DNA from: Eledone cirrhosa
Taxonomy: Eukaryota
Assembly (NCBI GenBank): GCA_964016885.1
Contig: OZ024743.1
Coordinates: forward strand, 353,772,001-353,836,000
Reading direction: 5' to 3'
Length of the DNA: 64,000 bases
Position numbers and translations under genes: made by a program
Shown: positions 27,131-39,839 of the stretch, in pieces
How the letters are laid out: each line of letters begins with the position of its first letter
How positions within the stretch are numbered: the stretch's first letter is position 1
Notes under the pieces: model-generated
What the model saw: only the letters and a program-made list of their open reading frames with translations
What the model was told of the DNA's origin: nothing
The model's database searches: none

Positions 27131-27397
27131 AAGCAGAAGGGATATACAATTTGTTGGTAATTCAACAAATATAAATGTTTATAACTTATTCAGAGCACTC
27201 GACAGTTTTCTGGAGTATAATATACAATGATATTAAATAAATAGAAACTATATTTAAAAACCATATTTATTCTATTATATATATTCCAAGGGTACCAAAA
27301 TTTTGGTACGCTATCATCAGATAAAATACGAAGTGTATATAATAGAATAAATATGGTTTTATAAATATACTTTCCATTTATTTAATATCATTGTATG

Positions 27398-27398
<1 letters not shown>
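27131..27398 (-). mobile_element. pLTR-like element, family F, with terminal inversion
   Basis: About 27221-27281 is the inverse of 27336-27396; homologue at 58083-58200; (TA)n flanks. Confidence 0.7.
27268..27328 (-). ncRNA. Hammerhead motif, family F (GAAA mutated to GGAA)
   Basis: UAUUUUAU CUGAUGA UAGC GUACCAAAAUUUUGGUAC CCUU GGAA UAUAUA UA/AUAGAAUA. Confidence 0.6.
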
Positions 27399-27482
<84 letters not shown>

Positions 27483-27532
27483 CGTGTGTGTGTGTGTGTG
27501 TGGGGGGTATGTATATATATATATATATATAT

Positions 27533-27713
27533 AACTGTTTCTATTTTAGGCACAAGGCCAGAAAATTCACAAGTACATTACTGGTACTTTATTTTATCGA
27601 CCCCGTAAGGATGAAAGGCAAAGTTAACCTCGGCTGGATTTAAACTCGGATCGTAAAGGGACGTAACTATGCTGGAACTCATGTCCGACCCTCTACCGAT
27701 ACTGCCAATTCAC
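27533..27713 (-). mobile_element. Deu/Nin-like SINE
   Basis: Family consensus on the minus strand. Confidence 0.85.
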
Positions 27714-28129
27714 CATATATAACGTGTGTATAAATATCTTTGTTTGTGTTCATGTTTACAAGCACGCGGGTGTGTGCATGTGTGTGCATGTGTGTGTGTG
27801 TGTGTGTCTGTGTGTGTCTGTTTGTATATGTGCGCACGTTTTTAAATATGTGATTATAGAAGCGAGTGAGTGGCATATGGAGGGGTAAAGAAGGAGTGGG
27901 TGTTACTATGTCAAAGGGTGGAGGTCAGCAGTTGTGAAGTGGTGGTAGGTGAATGATGGGCGTGTATTGACTGGAGGGGGGAAGCGGTTACCAATCAACG
28001 ATTTTTACACCTTAACCTGGGTAGCGGTGGCTAGTATTGAAGTGGGTGTAGTTGTAGTAGTAGTATTGATAGAAACAGTGGTGGCGTTTGCAGTAGTGGT
28101 GGTGATGGTGGTGGTAATGGTGGTGATGC

Positions 28130-30680
28130 TGGTGGTGTTGGCAGTAGTAGGGTGGTATTAGTAGTGGCTGTGTTAGTAGTGGTGGTGTTGGCAGTAGTAG
28201 AATGGTGTTAGCAGTGGCGGTGTTAGTAATGGTAGTGTTAGCAGTAGTAGGGTAGTGTTAGTAGTGGCGGTGTTAGTGGTGGTGGTGTTGGCAGTAGTAG
28301 TGCGGTATTAGTAGTGGCGGTGTTAGTAGTGGTGGTGTTGGCAGTAGTAGGGTAGTGTTAGTAGTGGCGGTGTTAGTGGTGGTGGTGTTGGCAGTAGTAG
28401 TGCGGTATTAGTAGTGGCGGTGTTAGTAGTGGTGGTGTTGGCAGTAGTAGTGTGGTATTAGTAGTGGCGGTGTTAGTAGTGGTGGTGTTGGCAGTAGTAG
28501 TGTAGTATTAGTAGTGGCAATGTTAGTAGTGGTGGTGTTGGTAGTAGTAGTGTGGTGTTAGTTGTGGCGGTGTTAGTAGTGGTGGTGTTGGCAGTAGTAG
28601 TGTGGTGTTTGTTGTGGAGGTGTTAGTAGTGGTGGCGTTGGTAGTAGTAGAGTGGTGTTAGTAGTGGCTGTGTTAGTAGTGGTGGTGTTGGCAGTAGTAG
28701 TGTAGTATTAGTAGTGGCAATGTTAGTAGTGGTGGTGTTGGTAGTAGTAGTGTGGTGTTAGTTGTGGCGGTGTTAGTAGTGGTGGTGTTGGCAGTAGTAG
28801 TGTGGTGTTAGTAGTGGTGGTATTAGTAGTGGTGGTGTTGGCAGTAGTAGTGTAGTATTAGTAGTGGCAATGTTAGTAGTGGTGGTGTTGGTAGTAGTAG
28901 TGTGGTGTTAGTTGTGGCGGTGTTAGTAGTGGTGGTGTTGGCAGTAGTAGTGTGGTGTTTGTTGTGGAGGTGTTAGTAGTGGTGGCGTTGGTAGTAGTAG
29001 AGTGGTGTTATTAGTGGCGGTGTTAGTAGTGGTGGTGTTGGCAGTAGTAGTGGTGGTGTTAGTAGTGGCTGTGTTAGTAGTGGTGGTGTTGGGAGTAGTA
29101 GTGTGGTGTTAGTAGTGGCTGTGTTAGTAGTGGTGGTGTTGGCAGTAGTAGTGTGGTGTTAGTTGTGGCGGTGTTAGTAGTGGTGGTGTTGGTAGTAGTA
29201 GTGTGGTGTTAGTTGTGGCGGTGTTAGTAGTGGTGGTGTTGGCAGTAGTAGAATGGTGTTAGCAGTGGCGGTGTTAGTAGTGGCGGTGTTAGTAGTGGTG
29301 TTGTTGGCAGTAGTAGTGTGGTGTTAGTAGTGGCTGTGTTAGTAGTGGTGGTGTTGGCAGTAGTAGAATGGTGTTAGCAGTGGCGGTGTTAGTAGTGGCG
29401 GTGTTAGTAGTGGTGTTGTTGGCAGTAGTAGTGTGGTGTTAGTAGTGGCGGTGTTGGGAGTAGTAGTGGTGGTGTTAGTAGTGGCGGTGTTAGTAGTGGT
29501 GGTGTTGGCAGTAGTAGTGTGGTGTTAGTAGTGGCGGTGTTAGTAGTGGTGGTGTTGGTAGTAGTAGTGGTGGTGTTAGTAGTGGCGGTGTTAGTAGTGG
29601 TGGTGTTGGCAGTAGTAGTGGTGTTGTTGGCAGTAGTAGTGTGGTGTTAGTAGTGGCTGTGTTAGTAGTGGTGGTGTTGGCAGTAGTAGAATGGTGTTAG
29701 CAGTGGCGGTGTTAGTAGTGGCGGTGTTAGTAGTGGTGTTGTTGGCAGTAGTAGTGGTGGTGTTAGTAGTGGCGGTGTTGGGAGTAGTAGTGGTGGTGTT
29801 AGTAGTGGCGGTGTTAGTAGTGGTGGTGTTGGCAGTAGTAGTGTGGTGTTAGTAGTGGCGGTGTTAGTAGTGGTGGTGTTGGTAGTAGTAGTGGTGGTGT
29901 TAGTAGTGGCGGTGTTAGTAGTGGTGGTGTTGGCAGTAGTAGTGGTGGTGTTGGCAGTAGTAGTGTGGTGTTAGTAGTGGCGGTGTTAGTAGTGGTGGTG
30001 TTGGTAGTAGTAGTGGTGGTGTTAGTAGTGGTGGTGTTAGTAGTGGTGGTGTTGGCAGTAGTAGTGTGGTGTTAGTAGTGGCGGTGTTAGTAGTGGTGGT
30101 GTTGGTAGTAGTAGTGTGGTGTTAGTTGTGGCGGTGTTAGTAGTGGTGGTGTTGGCAGTAGTAGTGGTGGTGTTAGTAGTGGCGGTGTTAGTAGTGGTGG
30201 TGTTGGCAGTAGTAGTGGTGGTGTTAGTAGTGGCGGTGTTAGTAGTGGTGGTGTTGGGAGTAGTAGTGTGGTGTTAGTAGTGGCGGTGTTAGTAGTGGTG
30301 TTGTTGGCAGTAGTAGTGGTGGTGTTAGTAGTGGCGGTGTTAGTAGTGGTGGTGTTGGCAGTAGTAGTGTGGTGTTATTAGTGGGGGTGTTAGTAGTGGT
30401 GGTGTTGGCAGTAGTAGTGGTGGTGTTAGTAGTGGCGGTGTTAGTAGTGGTGGTGTTGGCAGTAGTAGTGTGGTGTTAGTAGTGGCGGTGTTAGTAGTGG
30501 TGGTGTTCGCAGTAGTAGTGTGGTGTTAGTAGTGGCGGTGTTAGTAGTGGTGGTGTTGGCAGTAGTAGTTTAGTGTTAGTAGTGGTGGTATTGGCAGTAG
30601 TAGTGTGGTGTTAGTAGTGGCGGTGTTAGTAGTGGCGGTGTTAGTAGTAGTGGTGTTGGCAGTAGTAGTGGTGGCAGAGG
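28130..30680. repeat. About 50-bp G/T-rich satellite with 15-bp subunits
   Basis: gcagtagtagtgtggtgttagtagtggcggtgttagtagtggtggtgttg; period 50 (28441 to 28491). Confidence 0.9.
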
Positions 30681-31429
30681 TAGTTTTGGTGATGACAGAG
30701 GTAGTTTTGATGTTGGGGTTGGTGTTGGTAGTAGTGGGGGTGGTGGTAATAGGTGTAGGGTTATTAGTAGGACCTTATCTACCTTTATATGGCAGTGAGT
30801 GTGTGTATGCGCGAGTATATGATCGTGTTAACGAGTAAGGGTGGTTGCATCAATGCGATGGTATTGGTATTGGAAGTTGCTGTTGTGTGTTATTGTGCTT
30901 AAGAGTCCATCCGTGTTTTTTATTTGCTTATGTGTATGTGTGTGACTGGTGTATGTATCGGCTCGTCAGCGAGGGTGTCGTTATGTGTATACATGTAGAT
31001 ATGATTGTGTGCATATATAGATGACAGTTCGTGTGTTTGTGTGTCTGTGTTGGTCCATGTGGGTTTGATTATGTATGTATGTCCGTATCCGTGACTCTCT
31101 GTGTGTTTACGCGTCCGTGTCTGAGTGTGTGTGTGTGTGCTCGTCCGTGTGTGTTCGCGTCCGAATGTATGTGCGAGCGTGTGTGTATGTCTATGTGTGT
31201 GTGTAAGTGTGTGTATGTGTGACTGTATGGATGTGTCTGTCGGATTGGTTTTGATTATGTGAGTGCGTGTGATTGTGCCTGCGTGTGTAGGTATGTTCAA
31301 GTTATTAGGTGTAGGGGCTCTCTCTCTCTCTCTGGCCCTCTCTCTCTCTCCCTCTCTCTCACTCTGTATTCTGTGAACATGTGCCAATGTATTGTAACGT
31401 GTATATCTATATGTGTGAGTGTGAGTAAA

Positions 31430-32610
31430 CCGAAAAAATAATAACGAAAATCGATAACAAAAACGAGAAGGATGAGAGCGGTGAAAAGGAGTAGTAATAT
31501 GCCACAAATTTAAGTACACACCCAACATACTAAAAATACTAAAAGAAAAAAAAGTTATCTGGTTGGCACCAAACTTTTCCTTAAATTAAAGACTAATGTA
31601 GGTAAGAACTTTTTAGATTTAATAGATAGACATTTCCCCTTACAAAGTAGATACAGTAAAATATTCAATCGCAATTCCGTCAAGATATCCTATTCATCCT
31701 ATGCATCTATGAGATAAAAATAGGAATATACCTGATGTTAATCCAAGCTGCTCTTGAAGGATTAAAGAGAACTGCTTTCTCCAAGTTAGCGAGAGATACG
31801 TCGGTATGGTGCAAGATCGTTTTAAGCAACTTTTTACTCGCATCTCCACTCCTTCTAGAATCCTGATATGAGAACCAGTACAGTCGTGGCAAAAACATTC
31901 CGGAAATTAAAGGAGAAAGGAGTCCCACATAAGATTACTTGGAAGATATATGAAAAATCATGTCCTTACGTCAATGGTACGAAGATATGTCGTCTCTGTT
32001 TTAATGAGAAATTTAGAATATTACAAGGATTATCGTCTCCGAATAATATCATTTGAACTCAAAGAGTGAAATTTTTAGAGGGTGCCTCCATCTCCAAAGC
32101 CAATTGCTTGCTAAGTGGAAATAATTAAAAAATTCAACTGATTTTCAACCACCCTAATTTGATTTCTCTTTCCCTTTCCAGACTTACATAATGCAATACA
32201 CATTCTATACTACTCTACTACTTACCTTAATAAATATTACCATTTCTATATTACATTCTACCACATAATACTATACTTCTGCTTTAACCTATGAACTCTG
32301 ACACATGTACCATCTCGCTTTTCAAATTTACATCTTGGAGTTATTTCCCTTTCTTATGATACGTTTTTCGTAAACTAGGATTTTTAGCACGCATTACCCT
32401 TAATGGTATCTTATAAACTCGTATAAGGGCCTGAAGATAATTCACAATTTTGATCCCTCTTACATTCTAGAGATATGGTCAATATTGGACCTTGAAACCT
32501 TAGGTAGCGTTTTTGTTCCGTGTATGAATATAAATAAATGATATATTTCTGCTCTTTTCCTGATTGGGCACAGTTTTCTTTTTCCTTTTTCACACCTTCG
32601 GATATTGTTA
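31430..32610 (+). mobile_element. Penelope-like element 3' part: RT thumb, GIY-YIG endonuclease and pLTR
   Basis: [42 protein letters not shown]; YVGM; ITWKIYEKSCPY..CRLCFNEK..NSKSEIFRGCLH (frameshifted); followed by a hammerhead. Confidence 0.85.
32426..32511 (+). ncRNA. Hammerhead motif in the pLTR of the Penelope fragment
   Basis: AGGGC CUGAAGA ...long imperfect stem II... GAAA CC-UUA-GG UA/GCGUU. Confidence 0.65.
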
Positions 32611-32739
32611 CATACATACACAAATTTTGCATCTAATAACTGCATATACACATGTACAGATACAAAGCGTATTCACATGCACACATACAACTCAAAACAT
32701 ACACATCCACACATACAATAACATCCATACCTACACATG

Positions 32740-32885
32740 CATGCATGCAGGCATGCATGCATATCTACCTAGTTGATGATGTTTAAATCCCAATGAGAGA
32801 GTCTTGTGTCTATGTTAGAAACCGACTCTCTCTCTATTGGCAAACATTTGTGAAATTATGAAACCAGAAGAACATACATACATTG
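32740..32885 (+). mobile_element. Solo 3' UTR of R4/Dong family 2 with CATA tail
   Basis: Inverse homologue of 16500-16640; hairpin gagagagtc...gactctctc; ends gaagaacatacatac. Confidence 0.8.
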
Positions 32886-33017
32886 ATATACACACATACA
32901 CATACACTCACACACATACACATACATATACATATATACACACACGCACATATATATTTATACACACGTAAATACAAAAATACATGCATACATACTATAT
33001 ACATTCGCTTGCATACG

Positions 33018-33064
<47 letters not shown>

Positions 33065-33150
33065 GTATGTGTATCGCTGTGTGTATGTATCTATGTACAC
33101 ACACTCACACATATATATATGTGTGTCGCTGTGTGTATGTATATATCTAT

Positions 33151-33212
<62 letters not shown>

Positions 33213-33329
33213 CACAAACGCACATAAAAAACAATCGAAATATAAAAATAAAAGACAAAAAGCAAGGCAAAAAAATAATGTACGATACAAATATACAAAA
33301 AATAAAATCTCAATTTTGTTGTTGCTGTT

Positions 33330-33410
<81 letters not shown>

Positions 33411-34144
33411 AGTTTGGCTAAGATAATGTTGAGAAAAGAATACATGTGGATATTTGGAAATGTTCCTTTGCGGTTTTTACAGAGCTTCACCTGTTTCTAA
33501 CGATGTTTGGAATCATGAGGAAAACAGTATGATGCGGGTGACAAGCTGGAAAATTAGAAATAGACGGCCATTCTGCACGTCTGAGAATGAGGTGACTTGA
33601 AAACTGAAGTTGGCATTGTTGGTGTTGTTGGTGTTGAGGTTTTGATATTTCATCTTTTTTTTTGTTTTTTCAGTATGTTTTTATTTTATTTAAACGTCTT
33701 AGTTTTTTATTCTTCGTCTTGAATCCCAGGAACATTGCCAAATAATGTATATGGAGATTGTACATATGTATGTACTGTACTGTATGTATGTATGTATGTA
33801 TGTATGTATGTATGTATGTATGTATGTATGTATGTATGTATGTATGTATGTATGTATGTATGTACTGTACTGTACTGTACTGTACTGTACTGTACTGTAT
33901 GTGTGTGTGTATGTATGTATGTTTCATATGTTTCTGCCAGCATGTGTGTGAGTGTATGCGTGTTAGAATACATACATACATACGTACGTATATACATATA
34001 TATATACATACATACTTACACACACACACACACACAGACACACATATATATATATATATAACAAAATTTAATATTGAAATGGCTTCTACAGGACTAGAAC
34101 TGTTTCAGTCGAAGAAAGAAATCACATATGTATATATGTATCAT

Positions 34145-34211
<67 letters not shown>

Positions 34212-34227
34212 CAACACTCCAATTAAT

Positions 34228-34350
34228 TACTAATTGTTTCAAGGCCAGCAATTAATCAGTATATTACTGGTACTTTATTTTATCGACCCCGTAAGGATCA
34301 AAGACAAAGTTAACCTCGGCGGGATTTGAACTCAGACCCGCCGAGGTTAA
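34228..34350 (-). mobile_element. 5'-truncated SINE with short inverted 5' end
   Basis: ...ttaacctcggcggg atttgaactcaga cccgccgaggttaa. Confidence 0.75.
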
Positions 34351-34793
34351 TAAATAATGAAGCAATTAAGTTCTAGCATTCAACGTCATGTGTTTCCTTC
34401 CAAATGCGATTTGGTAGTTCGTGACGAAATATATTACATGCAATAATGATAATTGTGAAAGCCAGATGTGGATATTCATAACTCATTTTCTACATAATCT
34501 GCCATAACATATTTCTCTGGCCTTAATAATTACGTAATGCTGCCAACACGTATGTAAACAAAACTAAAGTCTTACGACATGAAACATGACATAGTACAGG
34601 CAAGTTGTGCAAATGTTAACACAGGAATGAGAGCGATATAAGTAAACTTCGGTCAAAAATGTAAGTGTTAGGAGAGAGCAGTCAAACATGCCTTGTATAT
34701 TACCAAGTCAGGTAGTGAAAGAAAGATGGAAGAACGGAAAATTGGGGAATAATTGCGTCGGATGTGGAGACAAAATCTTCGGTCACTAATAAT

Positions 34794-34965
34794 AGTTTCT
34801 ACTTTAGGCACAAGGCCAGCAATTACCCAGTACATTACTGGTACTTTATTTTATCGACCCCGTAAGGATGAAAGGCAAAGTTAACCTCGGCGGGATTTGA
34901 ACTCAGACTGTAAAGGGACGTAACTATGTTAGAAAGCATGGCGTCCAACCCTCTACCAATACTGC
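34794..34965 (-). mobile_element. Deu/Nin-like SINE with TSD cactaataat
   Basis: Family consensus; cactaataat on both sides. Confidence 0.85.
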
Positions 34966-35356
34966 CACTAATAATGTCAGTTGTAAAATCTGTCTCTTTA
35001 GAGTAAAATTATTTAAACACATTTAAAACCAGCATTACAGTTGGAAATAAGAGAAAAGATAAAAAAAAAACAGGAAAGGAACAATCGCAACGGTAGAAGA
35101 TGGCGAGGCCTACTTGGTCAAGATTCAGGGGGTGTTAACTGGTTTTAACTCTTATCTGGCGGTGGCGGCCAGAAATACAGAATATACTGACTGCTATGCG
35201 GTCAAGCTGCGAACGTCATATTTCTGGTATTTAAGCAGATGTCTGACTCTAGCAGATTTTCAACATAAGCGGCTTTTCTGCGCAACAGAGCCCACATCTT
35301 TTAGTAACGTTTTTTAAGTCTTACTTTCTTTTGCGATCTACTTGATTCTGTCAACT

Positions 35357-36160
35357 GGGTTAGGATTATCATTATAGTTAGGGTTGGTGTTAGGGTTGGA
35401 GTTAGTGTTAGGGATGAGGTTAGGGTTAGTGATAGGGCTTGATACAGGTTTAGGGCTAGTGTCAGCGTTAGGATTAGGATTAATGTTAAGGTTGGGTTAG
35501 TGTTAGGGCCAGGGTTCAGTTTAGGTTTAGGTTTATGGTTATATTTAGTGTTAAGTTTAGAGATAAGTTAAAATTTAAAGTTATGGTTAGTTTCCGGATT
35601 GGAGTTAGGGTCTGGGTTAACTTTACGTTTAGGGCTAGGGTTAGTGTTCGGTTTGGGGATAGGGTTAGAGTTAGGCCATGTCTAGATTTAGGGCTAAGGT
35701 TAGTTTTATGGTTATGTTTCGGGTTGCCGTTAGGATTAGGGTAATGGTTAATGTTAGGATTAGATACAAACTTCGGGTTAGGATTTAGTGTTATGATAGA
35801 TTTAGTTATAAGGTTAAGATTAGACTTCGTGTAAGATTTAGAGTTAGAGTTAGAATTAGGTCTATGGTTAGGCTTATGGTCACGGTTAGGGTTAGGCTTA
35901 TGGTTAGAATTGGAGTTCGAACAAAGTTTGGGGTTATGAATATTGTTTGGGTTGATGATTGGTTCAGGTTTAAGGTTAGTAATTATTATTAGGGTTAGGT
36001 TTAAGTTTAGTATTAAGGTTAGAGACAGGTTTAGATTTTGGTTTAAAGTTATGTTACGGTGAGTTATAGGGTTAGGATTAGCATCTGAGTTAGTGAGAGT
36101 AATAGGGATAGGGTTACTGTTTGCGTTAGGTTTAGGGAGAGATTTAAAAATAGGGTTATT
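35357..36160 (+). repeat. Degenerate interstitial (TTAGGG)-like array
   Basis: About 800 bp of 6-bp-phased ttaggg, ttagtg, ttaagg and ttagga variants. Confidence 0.8.
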
Positions 36161-36227
36161 CTTAGAAATACCTATTTTATTGATCCGTATTTATTCGACT
36201 GTTATATTATTATAAATAATGGGACAC

Positions 36228-36575
36228 AAGGTAAAGTAAATACTCCCTTCGGTCACGAATGATCATGAGATTTGTACCTAGAAAGTTTCTCTCCGAGGCA
36301 CAAGTCCGGACAAAGTTGTTTGTGGAGGACCAGCAGTCGCCCATGCATACCAACCTCCCCTCTCCACGTCACCGATGATGTCCAAGGGAAAGGCAATGGC
36401 CGATACAGCTTGACACCAGTGAAGTCGCAGCTCATTTCTACAGCTGAGTAAACTGGATCAAAGTGAAATAAAGTGTCTTGCTCAAGGACACAACGCATCC
36501 CCCGGTCTGAGAATCGAACTCACAACCTTCCGATTACAAGCCGAATGCTCTAACCACTAAGCCATGCGCCTTCAC
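36228..36575 (-). mobile_element. Full-length CORE-type tRNA SINE
   Basis: Minus head gcgcatggcttagtggttagagcattcggc...gagttcgattc (A and B boxes), CORE-like gtgtccttgagcaagacactttatttc, tail tttactttacc. Confidence 0.8.
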
Positions 36576-36599
36576 CGCCCTCATATAATAATAATAATA

Positions 36600-37415
36600 A
36601 TAATTGTTTCTACGTTAGGCACAAGACCAGCAATGCCAGTGTATTACTGGTACTTTATTTTATCGACCCCGTAAGGATGAAAGGCAAAGTTAACCTCGGC
36701 GATATTTGAACTCAAAATAGCAAGGGCCGTAACTCTATGCGTCAAAGCATGGCGTCCGACCCTCTACCAATACTGCCAAATAATAATAATAATGGTTTCT
36801 GATTTAGGCACAAGGCCAACAATTTTGGGGAAAGGGAAAATCAATTAAATCGACCCCAGTGCATTACTGGTACTTTATTTTATCGACCCCGTAAGGATGA
36901 AAAGCAAAGCTAACCTCGGCGGGATTTGAACTCGGAACGTAAAGAGCCGCAACTCTATGTCGAAAAGCATATTGTCCGATGCCCAACCATTACTGCCAAT
37001 CCGCTCTTAATAATTAATGGTTTCTGATTTAGGCACAAGTCCAGTAATTTTGGAGGGAAGGGAAAGTCGGTTAAATCGATGTGCTTAAATAAATGGTGCT
37101 TTATTTTATCGGCCCTGTGTGGATGAAAGGGTTTTGCACGCAGAACGTAAAGGACGTAACTCTATGTTGTAAAGCATGTTGTCCGACTCTCCACCTATAA
37201 AAAATAACAATAGTTCCTGATTTTGGCACAAGGTCAACAATTTTTGGGGAGGTGAAAATAGATTAAATTGATCCCAGTGCATTACTGGTACTTTATTTTA
37301 TCGACCCCGAAAGGATGAAAGGCAAAGTAGAACTTGATGGGATTAGAACTCAGGACGTAAGGAGCCGGAATAAATGCCGCAAAGCATTTTCTCCGACACT
37401 CCAACGACTCTGTCA
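36600..37415 (-). mobile_element. Head-to-tail array of 4 Deu/Nin-like SINEs of different ages
   Basis: Four ggcacaag...ctggt[ag]ctttattttatcg units separated by (aat)n. Confidence 0.85.
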
Positions 37416-37448
37416 ATATACATATATATATATATATATATATGTATG

Positions 37449-37666
<218 letters not shown>

Positions 37667-37937
37667 TATATATAGAAAGAGATAGAGAGTGGGTTAAGGG
37701 TATAGAGACAACAAACAATATAGATACAGGGACAGACTGGTTAACGTGAAAGATTCTCCGTCTTCTATCAGACCCTCTCTATATTTCTCTCTACACCCCC
37801 CCCCCCCTTCTATATCCATTGCTCTCATCTCTTAATCACTTTACCTCATTTCCTCCAATCGACAATTTTCTGTTCCCGTTCACATCAATGCGTAACATGT
37901 CACTGGGAGTGAGGCAACGTTGTTTGGTGTGCGATCC

Positions 37938-37985
<48 letters not shown>

Positions 37986-38447
37986 GTGTGTGTGTATGTG
38001 TATGTGTGTGCGTGTGTATGCGTATGTGTGTGCGTATGTGTGTTTGTGTGTGCGTGCGTGTGTGTGTGTGTGTGTGTGTGTCTCTGTGTGTGTGTGTTTC
38101 TGTTTGGGGGAAGACTGTTGTTCCGTTGTAGCCGGCGGCTATGCAAAGTCTGCATCAGCCCAATGGGCAAAATTTCGATGAGGGTGGTGGGGGTGGGGTA
38201 ACATGGGTTGGTAGTGTGGGATGTATTAAAAGAGGACGAGATCTATTCATTTTGACGAACCCTGTTAACCGTGAATTTCTATGTCAGGTCCGTGAGGACG
38301 TGCTGTGTTAGAGCTCTCGTTGTGATGGTGGTGGTAGTTGGCGGTGTGGCTGTCGTGGAGGTGGTCGTGGTTGGGATGTATTGTGTGTAGGGGGTTGGTA
38401 GGGAGTGTTGGATCTGTCGGTGGGTATTGATTTTGTAGACTTGGTAA

Positions 38448-38481
<34 letters not shown>

Positions 38482-38584
38482 ATAATGGTAGTAGTGGTGG
38501 TGGTAGTGGAAGTAGTAGTAGTGGTAGTAGTAGTTGTAGTACTAGTAGTAGCAGTGGTAGTGGTAGTACTACTACTACTACTAC

Positions 38585-38621
<37 letters not shown>

Positions 38622-38929
38622 CGTAGTCATAATCGTTGTCATCGTCCTAATAGTAGTAATTGTTGTTATTGTTAATGCAATGGGACTTGTGGTAGTAGTA
38701 GTAGTGGTGGTAGTTATAGGGAAAGATGGAGAGGGGGTGTATTGATGTGGCGAGGAGGAGTTGGAGTTGAGTGAAGAGTAAAGTGTGTAGTGGCTACAGT
38801 GGTAGGGTTAGATATGTTGGTGTAACGGTGTAGGTTGTATTTGATTCGATGATTCACGATAGCCAGAATGATATTGGTAGACATCATTGTGATGGCAGTA
38901 GATGTACTAATGGAGTAGTAGCCTTGAGT

Positions 38930-39690
38930 AGTGGTGAATTGAGTGGTGGTGAATTGTTGAGTGGTGGTAAAGTGTTGAGTGCTGATAAAGTGTTGATATA
39001 TGGTAAAGAATTGAGTGGTGGCAAAGTGTTGAGCGGTGGCAAGTGTTGAGTGGTGGTAAAGTGTTGAATGGTGGTAAAGTGTTGAATGGAGGTAAAGTGT
39101 TGAATGGTGGCAAAGTGTTGAGTTGTGGAAAAGTGTTGAGTGATGGTAAAGTGTTGAGTGGTGGTAAAGTGTTGAATGGTGGTAAAGTGTTGAGTGGCGG
39201 TAAAGTGTTGAGTGGTGGCAAAGTGTTGAGTGGTGGCAAAGCGTTCTGCGGTGGCAAGTGTTGAGTTGTGGCAAAATGTTGTATGGTGGCAAAGTGTTGA
39301 GTGGTGGTAAAGTGTTGAGTGGTGGTAAAGTGTTGAATGGTGGCAAAGTGCTGAGTGGTGGAAAAGTGTTGAGTGGTGGTAAAGTGTTGAGTGATGGCAA
39401 AGTGTTGTATGGTGGCGAAGTGTTGAATGGTGGCAAAGTGTTGAGTGGTGGAAACGTGTTGAACGATGGTAAAGTGTTGAGTGGTGGTAAAGTGTTGAGT
39501 GGTGGAAAAATGTTGAGGGTGGCAAAGTGTTGAGCGGTGGTAAAGTCTTGAGTGGTGGAAAAATGTTGAGTGGTGGCAAAGTGTTGAGTGGTGGTAAAGT
39601 GTTGAGTGGTTGAAAAATGTTGAGTGGTGGCAAAGTGTTGAGTGGTGGTAAAGTGTTGAGTGGTGGAAAAATGTTGAGTAGTGGCAGATA
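38930..39690. repeat. 18-bp minisatellite
   Basis: Unit gtggtaaagtgttgagtg with variants. Confidence 0.9.
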
Positions 39691-39839
39691 ACTGGTTGTT
39701 GTTGGTGTAGTAGCCGTGGTTGTAGTTGGGATAGTGGTGATGTTAGCAATTGTGTCTTTAGTGGTGGTCCTGGTTGGTTGTGGTGGGGATGGAAGATAAG
39801 TATAGCACTAATGTTGGTGGGTGTGAAGGTGTGTTTGTA

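Noticed and set aside
33430-33740. Unique-looking segment as a host exon (likewise 34380-34780, 52650-53100, 57540-57780)
   Set aside because: No recognisable protein similarity or convincing splice-site pair; short or UTR exons cannot be excluded without RNA-seq.
36500-36575. tRNA gene
   Set aside because: A and B boxes are present but continue into a SINE body; it is a tRNA-derived head, as at 43718.
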